Assembly (NCBI RefSeq): GCF_009914755.1
Contig: NC_060935.1
Direction: 5' to 3' (one strand)
DNA length: 64,000 bases
From: the human T2T-CHM13v2.0 reference genome, Homo sapiens
Position numbers and translations under genes: made by a program. The notes beneath the pieces were generated by a model that was not told the DNA's origin, ran no database searches, and was given only the letters and a program-made list of their open reading frames with translations. This document shows positions 1 through 13,237 of the stretch, in pieces (position 1 is the first letter of the stretch; each line of letters opens with the position of its first letter).

Positions 1-197
1 CAGACAGCTACCTTCTTTTGTGTGTTCACATGGCAGAGAGAGATTGGGATCTCTAGTGTTTCTTTGTCTTTTATAGGGACATGAGTTCTGTCAGATCAGG
101 ACTCAATCCTTATGATCTCATTTAACCTTAATAACCACATATGGGCAGTTAGAGCATCAATATATGAATTTTAAGGGGGACACAATTCAATCTATAG
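1..197 (-). mobile_element. MaLR LTR fragment (MLT1A-like)
   Basis: atctcatttaacct...tatgaattt...ggggacacaattca, similar to the copy at 58598-58983. Confidence 0.7.
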
Positions 198-343
198 AAA
201 GATGAAAAAAGAGAAGAAAATGAATACTAAAAGAATTTGGATAGGATAGCATTGTCCGTGCATTAGAAGAAACACCCATAGGTTAACATGTAATAGCAAG
301 AATAATTTTCTCCTTTCTGATCACATCATACTCTCTTTTTCAG

Positions 344-658
344 GTGACTGTGACAGATGGTGGTCCCTCTCCAAAACAGTCAACCATTTGGGTGGTGGTT
401 CAGGTTCTAGATGAAAATGACAACAAGCCCCAGTTCCCAGAGAAGGTCTACCAGATCAAGCTGCCAGAACGTGACCGAAAGAAGAGAGGAGAACCGATTT
501 ACAGGGCTTTTGCATTTGATAGAGATGAGGGCCCCAACGCAGAAATCTCCTACAGTATTGTGGATGGGAATGATGACGGAAAGTTCTTTATTGACCCTAA
601 AACTGGGATGGTTTCTTCTAGAAAGCAGTTTACAGCAGGCAGTTATGACATCCTAACG
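344..658 (+). CDS. FAT3: FAT atypical cadherin 3 coding exon, 315 nt, phase 0-0 (probably exon 5)
   Basis: tttcag|GTGACT acceptor and ACG|gtaaga donor. Encodes [12 protein letters not shown]...[11 protein letters not shown]...[12 protein letters not shown]...YDILT, with cadherin DxNDN and DxD motifs. Confidence 0.96.
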
Positions 659-1335
659 GTAAGATCTTCCAAACTCCAGCAGCACAGCAGATGGGGGGAA
701 GTGGTTATGTTCTTATTCAAGTATACTCCTTTGAGCAATAAATCTTTAGAGTAAAAAGTGAAGCCACACAGCTGTGGAAGGGTTCTTTCTGGGAGGCAAG
801 TGCAGGTGAGAACTCTTGCCTGTTTCATTGATATTCTTAAATGACGAGACAATTTCCTTTGGTTGTGTCCTGTCAGCATTTTCCCCCATTCCCAGGCCAC
901 AGCCTGTTTCACCACATACTCAACCACTCTTTCTGCAGCCCTAAATCATCCTCAAAGTGCTGAACATAGATGCAAACTAGCGGTAGGGGAACAGCAGGGC
1001 AACACATCCTACCCACCACTGAACATATCTCTCAACATGTCCCCGAGACTTCCCATAGAAAACAACTTTTGAAATTATCAACAATGTGATAGAGCATGGA
1101 TATAGCTGTGTAAATTGTGAGACACAAATCACAATGATGTTTATTCCATAAAAACTGAAAAAACTCAAGTATAAAGTGACTGAATTTTTTATTAAATTAG
1201 AAAAGTAAAAACAAGCACGGGCACCATGTCATGTAGAAACTTAAAGCTCCTGTATCTACAGTGCCAGTGTGCTCCCCTGATCCCAACCACTTTAGACAGG
1301 TAGTACCTATTCCAGAAAGGCAGCTGGTATCCTTA

Positions 1336-1700
<365 letters not shown>

Positions 1701-1858
1701 CTAGGTCTGTCCTTTATTATTTTAAACGATGGCCTGAGTCCCTTGATTTATCCTTTCTCTCCTGTGGTCTAGACGTGGGCTCCTTGCTGTGCTCGGTTAT
1801 GTGTCCAGAACAGTGGGCAGAGAAAAAAAATATAGTAAAACACCAGCTCTGTATCTAC

Positions 1859-2348
1859 TGTTAGAAGCTCTGATGTGCTGTATGCCATTGCAGCTATGTG
1901 AGACTTGCAGTTTGGGAATCTGAGGACTGGATAGATTCAAGTGGATACTGTTGGTGTCCTGCCCCAATCCCATTCTCAGACTGCAAGTATTGGCTGTCAA
2001 TGGCTCACAGCTGCCCTGTTCTCCAGAGAATCATCCTTGGATGATTCTTGGTGAAAGAGAGTCTACATTCCCAGCCTCCAGTCTAGCAGCCCACAGCCAC
2101 TGGCTGACTGACACCCAGATGCAAAAGTCCAATCCCCTTGCCTCAAAGTGGATTCAATTCTGGTGCAATTAATGGTTCAGAGCTCCCCATGGGATCCCTC
2201 TGGTCAGCCAGGACCACATCCTGGTTTAACTCCTACCCTGCCCACCCTGATCTCTATTCTCTTTCTCCTGAGAGCACTTCCCCACCAAAAAAAACCATTT
2301 GTACTCAAATGCCTGTCTTAGCTCCTGGGGGAACCTGGCTTAAGACAT
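1859..2348. mobile_element. Old ERVL-class LTR (LTR16-like)
   Basis: ggctcacagctgccc...ctccagagaat motif and terminal gggaacc...taagaca. Family assignment tentative. Confidence 0.55.
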
Positions 2349-2879
2349 GTATCCTCAAGTTTTCTCACCCCGCAGGGAGTTTCTAGGGCAAAGCAATCAT
2401 CCATGAACACATAGCATGAGGGTGCTATGCATTGTCACTGTTTCGAAGGGCTATAGCTATCAGTTATGTTCCTATAAATGTTATTTTTTAAACGTAATAC
2501 TTGAAAGTCCTTTTAAAAATTTATTTTTATTTTTGTTTTGCTTTGGCTTTTGCTTCTTGAAGCTTTTGACCCTCCCATTTGAGTCCAGGGTTCACCTGGA
2601 CTCTTCACCCTGCCCAGCTGGGGAGGGAGACTTGCTTCCTCAGCCCTTATATCAGCTAATTGTGACCACAGAGGAGAGTCATTAGCCCTGTCTTCCCTTC
2701 CACGCTGCCTCCAGGGACTGTGCTATCGAGAGAGTTCTCTGTTACCTTTTTGCAGGTGGCAAAACTGAAGGGCCTCAAGGCAGCTAGCTCCAGGCTGCTC
2801 CCTTTCCCAGCCCACTCTATCTTGCTCCTGGGATCCTGTGCTGCTATCAATCACATATAGCAGAAGGGAGGAGCTGCGA

Positions 2880-2960
2880 AACACAACCACACACTGCAAA
2901 ACACAACCACACACATACACATGCACACACACACTTCTGCACGTATCATTCACACATATA
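2880..2960. repeat. Degenerate (CA)n-rich simple repeat
   Basis: Seen directly. Confidence 0.7.
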
Positions 2961-3366
2961 TAAGGTTTCACAATGCACTTTCTTCCCTTTCACATATCAC
3001 CACCAGAGGTGAGGCTTAGGATCATGCTCTCAGGAATCAAATTAGCTATTTCTATTCATATAACTATTATTCAGGCCCACAAATCACCACAAACTGTAAG
3101 TGCAGCATTTGTCTTTCAAGGTCTCAATATCTGTAAAGTTGACTGTGGTCCAGAGAGCCTCTGGCAAACATGGTGCAAGGTCTGCACATGACTGGGTTGT
3201 TCCCCTCCATTCCCAAGTCTTTACTCCCCAGACCTCTGCTCCTTTCTTCCCCTTGCTGACACTGTGTTGAAGATGGACTCTTGGCCCAGCAACATGAGTG
3301 ACAGATCCAAAGTCTACAACAATCAGAGGTCTGAGACATCTTTCTCTTCTCTCCCTGTGTGAGTAG

Positions 3367-3577
3367 ATAAAGGCAGTGGACAATGGGCGCCCACAGAAAT
3401 CCTCCACGGCCCGCCTCCACATTGAATGGATTAAGAAACCACCCCCTTCACCTATACCATTGACCTTCGATGAGCCGTTTTATAACTTCACAGTCATGGA
3501 AAGTGATAGAGTGACTGAAATTGTAGGGGTGGTGTCTGTGCAGCCAGCTAACACCCCTCTGTGGTTTGACATAGTTG
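3367..3577 (+). CDS. FAT3: FAT3 coding exon, 211 nt, phase 0-1 (probably exon 6)
   Basis: Pyrimidine tract then gagtag|ATAAAG, donor TTG|gtaagt. Encodes [19 protein letters not shown]...LWFDIV and continues the frame of the previous exon. Confidence 0.95.
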
Positions 3578-3994
3578 GTAAGTTCGAGTCTTACAGAGCA
3601 GTATCATGCAATGTAATAATTGACTGAAGCAACTAGGAAAAAAAAAAAAAAGAAAGAAAGCAAAAAACTAACAATTAGTGCCAAGATTAAAAGATGTATA
3701 GTGCTGGAATGCAAAAGAGCCAGTAAAGTGAATAATCGACCTGTGCTTTCGTTCCAACTCTGTAGCTAAGCTGAACCGAAAGTGCTCTCTGGCTGGATTT
3801 TCCATAGTACGTTATTTACTGCAATCTTAATGTCTTTCTGTGTGTCATTTAAATTCTATTGTCACACTTGGCTAATCTCATTTCTAAATGTATTGATGGT
3901 ACTAGACTTGCTGTCCTTCATTTCTCTCTTTTTCTTCACCTTTTTTCTGCATTCTGTTCTTTTTTTTTTCTGCTCCCGACTGCCCTGCTTCAAG

Positions 3995-4063
3995 GTGGCA
4001 AGCATGCTCGAGAGATGTTCTATATTCTACAGACAGCTTGTGGGCAGAACTGTTCAACAGAAG
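3995..4063 (+). CDS. FAT3: Candidate alternative in-frame cassette exon of FAT3 (69 nt, 23 aa)
   Basis: About 87 nt of AG-free pyrimidine tract, then caag|GTGGC, donor AAG|gtaccc. Phase 1-1 matches the host intron and there is no stop: GGKHAREMFYILQTACGQNCSTE. Inferred from sequence only. Confidence 0.55.
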
Positions 4064-5382
4064 GTACCCTTAGTGCAAACACATTTGCTAAAATACAGCT
4101 ATCCAATCTGCCTTTTACGGTTTTTTTTTAAAGCAAATTGAATTACATCTTTCATAACTGCCTGTGACAGGCTGAAGTGCAGCCCACAGATTTCATATAT
4201 GCCTCTAACAACTATTGCATTACTCGTATCCAATGACTTCTTTGTTTGAGGTTTGATAGGGTTTGGATTTTTTTTGAGGGGGGGGGTTGTTTTGACTTTT
4301 ATTTCTTTGCTTTTGAGGTATGTGGGCTTTTTGTTGTTTTGTTTTTATCTTTTTGTAGGTTGGTTTATTTAAGTGGGCCTTTTCCAATGGAAAAAGAAAT
4401 TAAAATGTATTTCAGCCCCTCTGTTTTGCAGCGGTAGTACCATTCATGCACCAAAAGCCCCATCAGGAGAGTCCCCTGGCTGTCGTCCATAAGAGGAAGG
4501 GCAGGAAATGGAACCTAGATATATAGCCAGTCAGCCTCCCCCGCAAGCCGAATAGAGGAAGCAGATGGAAGCATGCAGGATAGACCCTGGGAGCCAACCT
4601 TTAAATTCCTTGAAAGAAAGCAAGCAAGCACGCCAGGCTGCAAAAGGAAAGGGCAAAACAGCCCTATGGCCCTTGACAAACCAGCAGGGAGAGGCGCTGG
4701 AGAGGAAATGAGTGCCGAGGACCAGGAAACAAAACAGGCTGTTGCTAAAACAGAGGGGAGAGTGTGTGTCGCCCAATCCGACACTGGGTTGAGCTAAAGC
4801 TGACTTCCCACGCTTCTCTGTGGGAGGCAGGGGATCCAGGAGAGAGTCGGTCTGGGGGAATCATTTCCTTCCCCATGGCACTGCCTGGATAGGATGGGCA
4901 GGAACCTGCCTCTCCCCCCCAGGAATGGCTGTACTTGGGAAAAGCATTTAGAAAGTTCCACAGCGGTTTTAACAAGGCACAGAAAAAGAACGCCCCATGG
5001 CCCGCAGTCAAACCTCTATAGAGAGTCCTCTGAACTTCCAAAAAAGCAAAGAGCTGTTTTCTACGTGTTTCATTTGATGAAATGATGGTGGAACATTTTT
5101 GTTTTACTTACTTGGTATTAATCATGCCATCGTGTACATGGGCATCCTCACAGCAAGCTTTCACTTCTTTCTTCATTGCTACTCAACATATTTGAAATGA
5201 AACTTCTTCTGATCCATGAAAGGGGTCTCCATTTCTTTATCTTCTTAGTAATTTTCAGCTCATTAAGATATTATCTGATGCAGTTTCTTCTTTCCTGGCA
5301 CCACAAAGGGTTGCACGTAGTCATGGTCTGGTTTTCTGTACAGTCACCTTTAATGATTTCTTCACTTCCACCCCCAGAGTCA

Positions 5383-5820
<438 letters not shown>

Positions 5821-8800
5821 TTAGATGAGTTGCCCTTTCTCATCAGCCACTGATTTTTCTCCCTCCTCCTTGAACACTCCAGTGTCCAAGCACCTCTACA
5901 GCCTGACAGTGTCACATCTCTCCCTGGCATGATCCATGCACTCAACCTGCTGACCCGTAGTACATCCCACCTACCACCCATGTGCCCTGGGATGCCCTCA
6001 CTTGTACTCTGCTTTTGAAATCCTACTGGCATGCCTTTCTGTAATGGTCAGTCTCACCAGCTGCCTGACCCTAGTTATCCAGGTCAGGCTTGCAACTCTT
6101 CATCATTCCTGCATGTGTGTGTGTGACTGTCTGTAGGTAAGCATACCTAGCAGTACTGCATGTAACCTGATTTGCAAGTTTCTCATGTCAGCATGATGAG
6201 TGCTGCTGTATGTTTTCATTTGTGCTTATCCTGTCTCCACTCTTAACCCCTATGGTTAAGGCCCATGTGTCCTCATTCCTTCCTCCTGCCAAAACCTCTG
6301 TTGCTACCAACCCAGGATGAGTGGAATAAACTATGGTGAATGATGGAGATACCCCAGGCAGCCACTATGCTAACCCTACTGATGCCTCCTGGAACCTACT
6401 CAGAGTCAGTGTGACCTTCCACTGTGCTACTGGCCACGGCAACCTACACACTATGCACCTTTGACAAAATAGAAACATCATTGGTCCAAGAAGAGAGAGG
6501 CAGTTTACAGATGAGAGCTCTCCCTGGAAGGAGTCCCTTTAAGCTACCTTAAATATAGACCCAGGATCCATCATCAAGAACATGGCATCAGTTTTCATGT
6601 TTCTTCATTGGTGTATTTCTAAATGCTATACTTTTCCTAGAGACTGCCTTCAGTTTCAGTGCACTTGTAGGTCTCTGAATGAGGACCTACAGGGTTGTCC
6701 CTCTGGTCTGGATGCTTCCATCACAGAGATTTCACTGTAAATCAGGTAACATCTAGCCAAGCTTCTTTTCCAAATTGAACTTACTGGGCCAGATGCCCAA
6801 ACAGAACATGATTTTATTTCCATCCCCACATCCAGCCAACAACATCTTGAAACACCAAATCTTTATTTCAGCGCAGAAGTAAAATCCTTTTCCCAGGTGC
6901 TGGTTACTTCAGTATTGATATGGTCCACGTTCCACCAAATCCTCCTTTTGAAAATCTTTCTAATCCATCAGAGTCATTTTTTCTCAATCTGCTGACAACA
7001 TCTTTCCCCTTCTTTAAATACCTATTGTTTCCTTTATCATATTCAGATGTTTTAGTCTCGCTCTCAAGATTTCCTGCTTATTTATCTTCAGCCATGGAAA
7101 CTCTCATCTCTCTGTTCCCTTCCTCCTTACGTAAGCATCTTTTTTGGCCAAGCTAACATACAGAGGAAAGAGGGAACAATGCGCCTCAATGCTTAAGAAA
7201 CATAGCAGTGAATGCCTGGAATAGGCACTAGGTATGTAATATCAGCATGGATCTGAAATGAGGTCTCAGATATAAGTATGGGCCTTGCCTAGGTAAATAC
7301 TCTATGACTCTTCCAAGGGAGTGAGAATTTGGCTCCATTAATAGACCCAGTGCTTGCAGACACCTAAAGAGACACTGAGTTACAGAGAAGACATCATCTT
7401 GGCATGACACTTACAGCTTACTAATGCTATAACTAATAAATTCTCATTAAGTGAGCAGAAATAGTGTTTCAGCATGCTTTTCCCCTGAGAGTAAAGTCGC
7501 CCCATTTCTGCATTTCCAAATCTAGCCAATTCTTGCTTAACTGCATTTCTTTGTCTCCCACCATGATATGAATTCACAAAAGCTGGGTAGCAAGCAAGAT
7601 TTTGTTCCAAGCCTGGACCCTTGCATCGAGGATCTGTCACACACTTTCTTGTGCCTCCAAGGAGACCACTGCTTACAATATTATGCAGTGAGACTTTTCA
7701 GCTTCCAGAAACAGAAGCCCTACTTGTAACTGAGTTAAGAAAGCTGTAATTAAAAGGAAACATAATAAAGTTCAGCTGTTCTGTGTTTAAACAGCCCAAC
7801 GCACAGCATGTTCCTTCTCTGTGTTAAAAGGGAAAGAAAGTGAAGGGAACACAAATAACCCATAATCCTTTGTGGCTTTATCACATATCTTCACACTTCT
7901 CAGGGGACTATGATTTCAACTCCACAGCTCCTTGATTTACAGACTCTCTAATGTGCATGCAATCTGGTTCACAGTTCAGTCCCTGTATCTTTATTCTGTT
8001 GGCAAATATTTCAATAGAGAAGGCCACCTTTATTACACACCTCAGACAGTTCCTCTTTACCTGCAGATGGATGGGGGGTGCTGTCACCCATTTTTTAGCT
8101 TTTCACCTGACTTAGGGGAGAAAAATAGTTTTCTTTGTAAATAGTAAGCACCTAAAATATCTTTCTTTATCTCGCCTACTGTAAGGCTGCTCTTTGAAAA
8201 TGTTTCTCTGTTGGTGAGTGATAGAACGTAGTTCCAACTCCAGTTGAAATGTCTTTCTGTGTTGCAGGAAGGCTGCTTTGACCCTTCATTTGTCATAGGT
8301 TCCTTCAAACTTTGGGCTCCAGGCTGCTGCTGTGTCATAAGCTTTTGCCTGTCTTTCTTGAACCTTGTCCCCAGTGGAGCCATCGCTTATTTAGAGATGA
8401 ATGAAGTAGGCCCATTGAAGTCTCTGGTAGGACTAGCAGCAGCCTTGTTCTTCAACTAGAGCTTGGACACCTCTGGGTCTTCCCTAATCAGGTGGCTGTA
8501 TTTCTCTAGCGAAAGACTCTTACCCAGTGATATGGAGAGAAACCATATTCATACGTCATTTCTATTACAGCTGCTCCTTCATCAGGGTGACCCTTGCTCC
8601 AAGTCATTCAACTGACATCAAACACTTCATTTCCCCTATTCTGCCCCTTTTCCCTAATTTGATCCCAAATAAGCCTCTCATTTTTCCATAGCAACAGTCT
8701 GGTCCATAGGAGCACATCTGTAGAAACTTCAGGAAAATAAGAAGAAGCCTAGAAACACTTCATATACTATTAATAGTTTTAAGAAAATGAATCCTAAACT

Positions 8801-10187
8801 CGATTCTAGAAGAGATTTTCTTTCCAGCCACTTTTTCCTGACCTCCACCTGGTGTCCCCTGTCTTCCAAGTAAATATCCTTTTCAGCCAGGTACTGTGCT
8901 TGCTTTCATTTCAAGGCAGAAAATTAGGGGAAAATGATAATTGGTGTTTAGCATTTTCAAGATCAAATTGTAACTGGTGTTTAGCATTTTTTCTTAAGTT
9001 CGGTGTACATGCGGAACCTGAATCAACAGCTTGTGCACAACTCCCTGAATTCATTGAGGTTCGGCAGCTCCGTGTTCTGGAAGCTGCTCACATAACACCT
9101 TCCCCTTGGTGACAACTAGATGTGGGTTGGTATTTTTACAATTATATGTGGAGTGGAAAAGAATCATATGCTAGGGGAGGGACCTGGAAGCTCTCTAAAG
9201 GGGAAGCTGTGTGATTCTCACCATTGGGTGTCTTTACGGAGGGACAGAGGTGCTTCGTACCCTTCTTTAAAGAAAAACTAGACTGAATCACGGCCCAGTG
9301 CTCCAATGCCCAGCATATTTAAGCAGTAGCTGCTGGCTCAAAATATTTCCATTTATGTCCCATCTTTAAAGCCTTTTGGGACATTCCTACTTGGGATGTT
9401 TAACTTTAGAATCCAATAGAAATCCATTGTGCCTCATCTGCTCTTTGTTTACTCTATTACACCTGTCTTGACCGAAAATGGTCAAAGAGACACATCCCTG
9501 ATGTGAATTATCTGTTATGTGGGCTGTTCACAACCTCGCTTTTAACCATCTCTGCCGCACACCCCTGCAGCAACGCTCAGGCTGTGGCTTTTCTAATTTC
9601 CCATTTTGTTGAAACTCAGACCAGCTCTGCGGTGTCCTCCCTCCTCCCCACCTTTTGTTGAGCCTAACGCTGCTGCACTGAACACACTCTGGCTTTGCAT
9701 GTTCTGTTACTGGCTCTGAGGAAGCACACCTTGTTTAAGCGGAATGCTGCTAGTGAAAATGGACTCCTTGCATTTGATATTCTCACCCTGGACGATTTGG
9801 ACGTGGTTTCCTATGAAACTGAAATCACTTTCAGGCTAAAAGGGAGCCTGAAAAATGAGACCTGGGGGAGAGATATGGAGTCGTTTATGAAATGGGATGC
9901 TTAAGTGGTAGGTTATTAAATTGTGTGAGGGTTGATGGTAAACTGCTGGTCTGGATTCTGTGTCCCTTGTCAGAAATTCATTTTAAAACTCATGGAAGAT
10001 TTTGTTTTACATTAAATCTTAGTTTAACTAGGAGCAAATGTCCTGGAAATGAGTGTCCGAGGCTGCTAGCTATATTGGTAAGCTGAGAGACATAGTTTGT
10101 AGGCTCTCCTTCAAATGCTCTTGGCTCTGCTCTTGGTCTGTCTCCCCTGTCCCTTTAGAGGTTTCTGTTCTAAAGAATTTGAGGGAG

Positions 10188-10233
10188 ATATACACATACA
10201 CATACACATACAAATACATATATGAACACACAC
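10188..10233. repeat. (TACACA)n-like microsatellite
   Basis: tacacatacacatacacataca. Confidence 0.7.
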
Positions 10234-12529
10234 AGGAAGAGAGAGAACTGTAAAAAAAAAAAAAACATAAAATTAGCCAAAAATGGTATTTGATATGAAA
10301 AACGACTAAGAAAAAGCACACACTCTATATGCCATATGTAAATGTTATACCACTAAGCACGTGCGATGATTATGTATTTTTATACAGGGCCCTGGGGAAA
10401 ATGTGAGTCAAATTCAGTGAGAGAGAGCAAATTGGACTGCCCCATTTAAACAGTAACTCAAACTGGAATCTATGCTTGCTGGTTCTCTAAATTTTATTTT
10501 TAATCATCTTTAAACTGGAGCAAACTAAAGTTTTATAATTTGCATAATCTTTATTTTGACTTGACTCACACATTTTCACATTTTAAAATAATCAACATTA
10601 GAGGATGACTCCTTCCCCCACCTCCAAATAATATCATGACCCAAAGATTTAAGAAAGTTAACATTTTGGTAAAGAAAACATTCTAAATGTGATTTAAAAT
10701 GGGATTTAATACCCACTAGAAACAACCTGAGAAGTTACATTCTCATCTTTCCTTCCATACAGGACTTATGAGGCAATTTTATGTCCTTTCTTTGAAAGTT
10801 TCCATGGCAAATTTTTTCTCAGAATGTACCGCTTAATAGCAAATGATCATGTTTTTTTTCTCTTTTGCTCATGAAGATGGTTTTTCAAGACACTCAAATC
10901 AGCCTTCCATTTTATTTCATGTTGTTATCAACATGAAACATTCCCTTTGAATAAGAAATGGTGACCTAAGGCTTGCTTCCCTTTTCAGCCTAGACTCCCC
11001 CCTCTCTCCTTATCCTATCTTCAAACAATTTTTTTGGAGTTAATATTTAGTGCTCCTCATCAAATCAATTAAAGATATTAATTGGAAGATGAGTCTCTTT
11101 TTAGATGAAATTTTTTAAAAAGTATATAATCTCCAAGCAATTCTCTGATACTCTCGTATCTCCGTAGCTTTAATTAAATGTCAAGGGCAATTATATTCTC
11201 TCTTGCAATTAAATAATCTTAAGTGTATATGACAGCTGCAAGCAATAAGTATTTGAAATATATATATGACCAGGTTTTTTTTAAGTAAACCATATTATTT
11301 ATTCCATGTCATTGTACATCAGATTCTAGTAATTCAGGTAAAATTCTCCTTCCCTTAACTGACTATTCGTAACTGTTATATAAAAGTAATATATTGTTCA
11401 TTGATCAGCAAAATGAAATGCAAAGATGTGGAATGTAAAAATAAACCAAAGTTAGTTTTCTAAAATATGAAATTCAATAAATACATTGCCCTATATGCTG
11501 TAGTTAAATAAAATTACTGTCTGAGAACAAAATCAACACCATGAAATTTCAGGCCAAAAGAAATAGAGCTTGTGAACATACACTCATGCTTAATTAAAAT
11601 TGTTCCCACATACATACCATTATTTTTCTCCCCCTCAAAAAAATCTTTCATTTTGGGAAGATCATAAACCACACTTTGGTTCCCAGAGGTAGAAACATCA
11701 GCAGTGATTTCAACAATGGCAGTGTTGTCTTAAGCAAATCACTCACAGACTGTGAGTTATATGTGGCCAGGGGGTTGAGAGGAAAGTAAAGTTTTCTAAA
11801 CTTTCATGTAAATTGTTTTGTAATTTGGTGTTATATAAGCTGATGTTTTCTTCTACTTCTTTCCCAATTTTATTTTGTGACTTTCCCTAGGCTTTCTGCC
11901 TTTTTAGGAGAAAAATAATTTACACTACCAAGATGGCAAAATAAGTATTTCTATAAATATCCCAGCTTGCAGATATAGAATTTTTAATATGAAATTTTTT
12001 TGCTTTTTTTTACTGTTTAGAATTCATAATTTTATTTCTGACGTTTAATTAAGGGAATCTGAATTCTAGCAGCCAAATGTTTACCATCAATCCTGGAATA
12101 GATTTTAAATGTCTACTCATTCTATTAATAATAATTGGACTATTTATTTACTTGGAATTTAATCTACTTTGGAAAAAACAAAAAGATCTACAAATTTCTA
12201 ATGCAGAAGCCACAAGAAGTTGAAGGGCCTTTAGGTTTCTAAATATTTAATGGAGTCAGTTTATGCTTCACTACTCTAACATTACTGCTGAGGTTTTTCT
12301 TTGCACTACATTCCTTTTTTGTGACATTTGTTATGCATTGTAGAGGCTGTGTTTTGAACTATGAATCAAGTTAGAAATAAAGAGGTCCCATTTAAGATGT
12401 ACAAAATTGAGCCATAGGGATGCCTGTCAAAAAAAATTTCTGTATAAGAGCTCCCTTTAAAGATATATGATATAATGCATGTAACAAGTTATCAGATTTG
12501 CTAATTTCATGTTTCTGTGAAATCATCAG

Positions 12530-12669
12530 GGGGGAATTTTGACAGCGCTTTTGATGCAGAGAAGGGTGTTGGGACAATTGTCATCGCAAAACCTTTGGAT
12601 GCAGAGCAGAGGTCCATCTATAATATGAGTGTGGAAGTCACCGATGGGACAAATGTTGCTGTTACTCAG
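12530..12669 (+). CDS. FAT3: FAT3 coding exon, 140 nt, phase 1-0 (probably exon 7); absent from the ORF track
   Basis: catcag|GGGGG acceptor and CAG|gtgaga donor. Encodes [47 protein letters not shown] (cadherin LDxE motif). Phase fits both neighbours. Confidence 0.95.
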
Positions 12670-13237
12670 GTGAGATGTTAAATTACTGAATAGCAGGAAT
12701 GCTGAAAGAGCTGCCAAAGTCAGGGGTGCAAGCAATGAAAAAAAAATGTAATGGAAGTAGTAAATTATGTCGACGGTTTTCTAGTGTTTAAAAAAATCAT
12801 TTTCAAGAACAAGTGAGAAAAGGGATTCTATAGATGATATCATAGGACTTAGCTGCCGCTTTCAAGAAGTTGTGATTGATCATGCATGGAAAAATAATGC
12901 GTGTTTCTTTCCTGATCATCTACTGTAGATTTATCTGTTTGACAATAAAGTCAACTTTCCTTGAATTTACAAAGAGGAGGACATCTATATTGCTTGAGTT
13001 AACACACCATGTTATTCTTTACCTCCTCATTTTTTTTAGTCACAGAAAGTTATAGCTAAAGAATACCTAAGAGTCCAAATTCATTTATAGACTTAGATAA
13101 GCTAAGTGATGTATCCAAGGTCACACAGCCTTAGTAAAGAAAAAGGACTGGGATCTAGGTGTCCTGACTCTCTTCTGCCATTCTAGCCTCTTTGTCCTTG
13201 CTGTCTGTATAGTAGAACCCCCTGGTTGTGGGGAGAG

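Noticed and set aside
9695-9904. Protein-looking ORF (…LAFDILTLDDLDVVSYETEITF…) after a CTAAC branch-like motif and a TGCATG
   Set aside because: No good acceptor puts it in the phase-1 FAT3 frame, there is no donor before the stop, and it has no cadherin motif.
11891-11945. Pyrimidine tract with two AGs upstream of the 140-nt exon
   Set aside because: Both give immediate in-frame stops, the donor is poor, and the region is generally T-rich.
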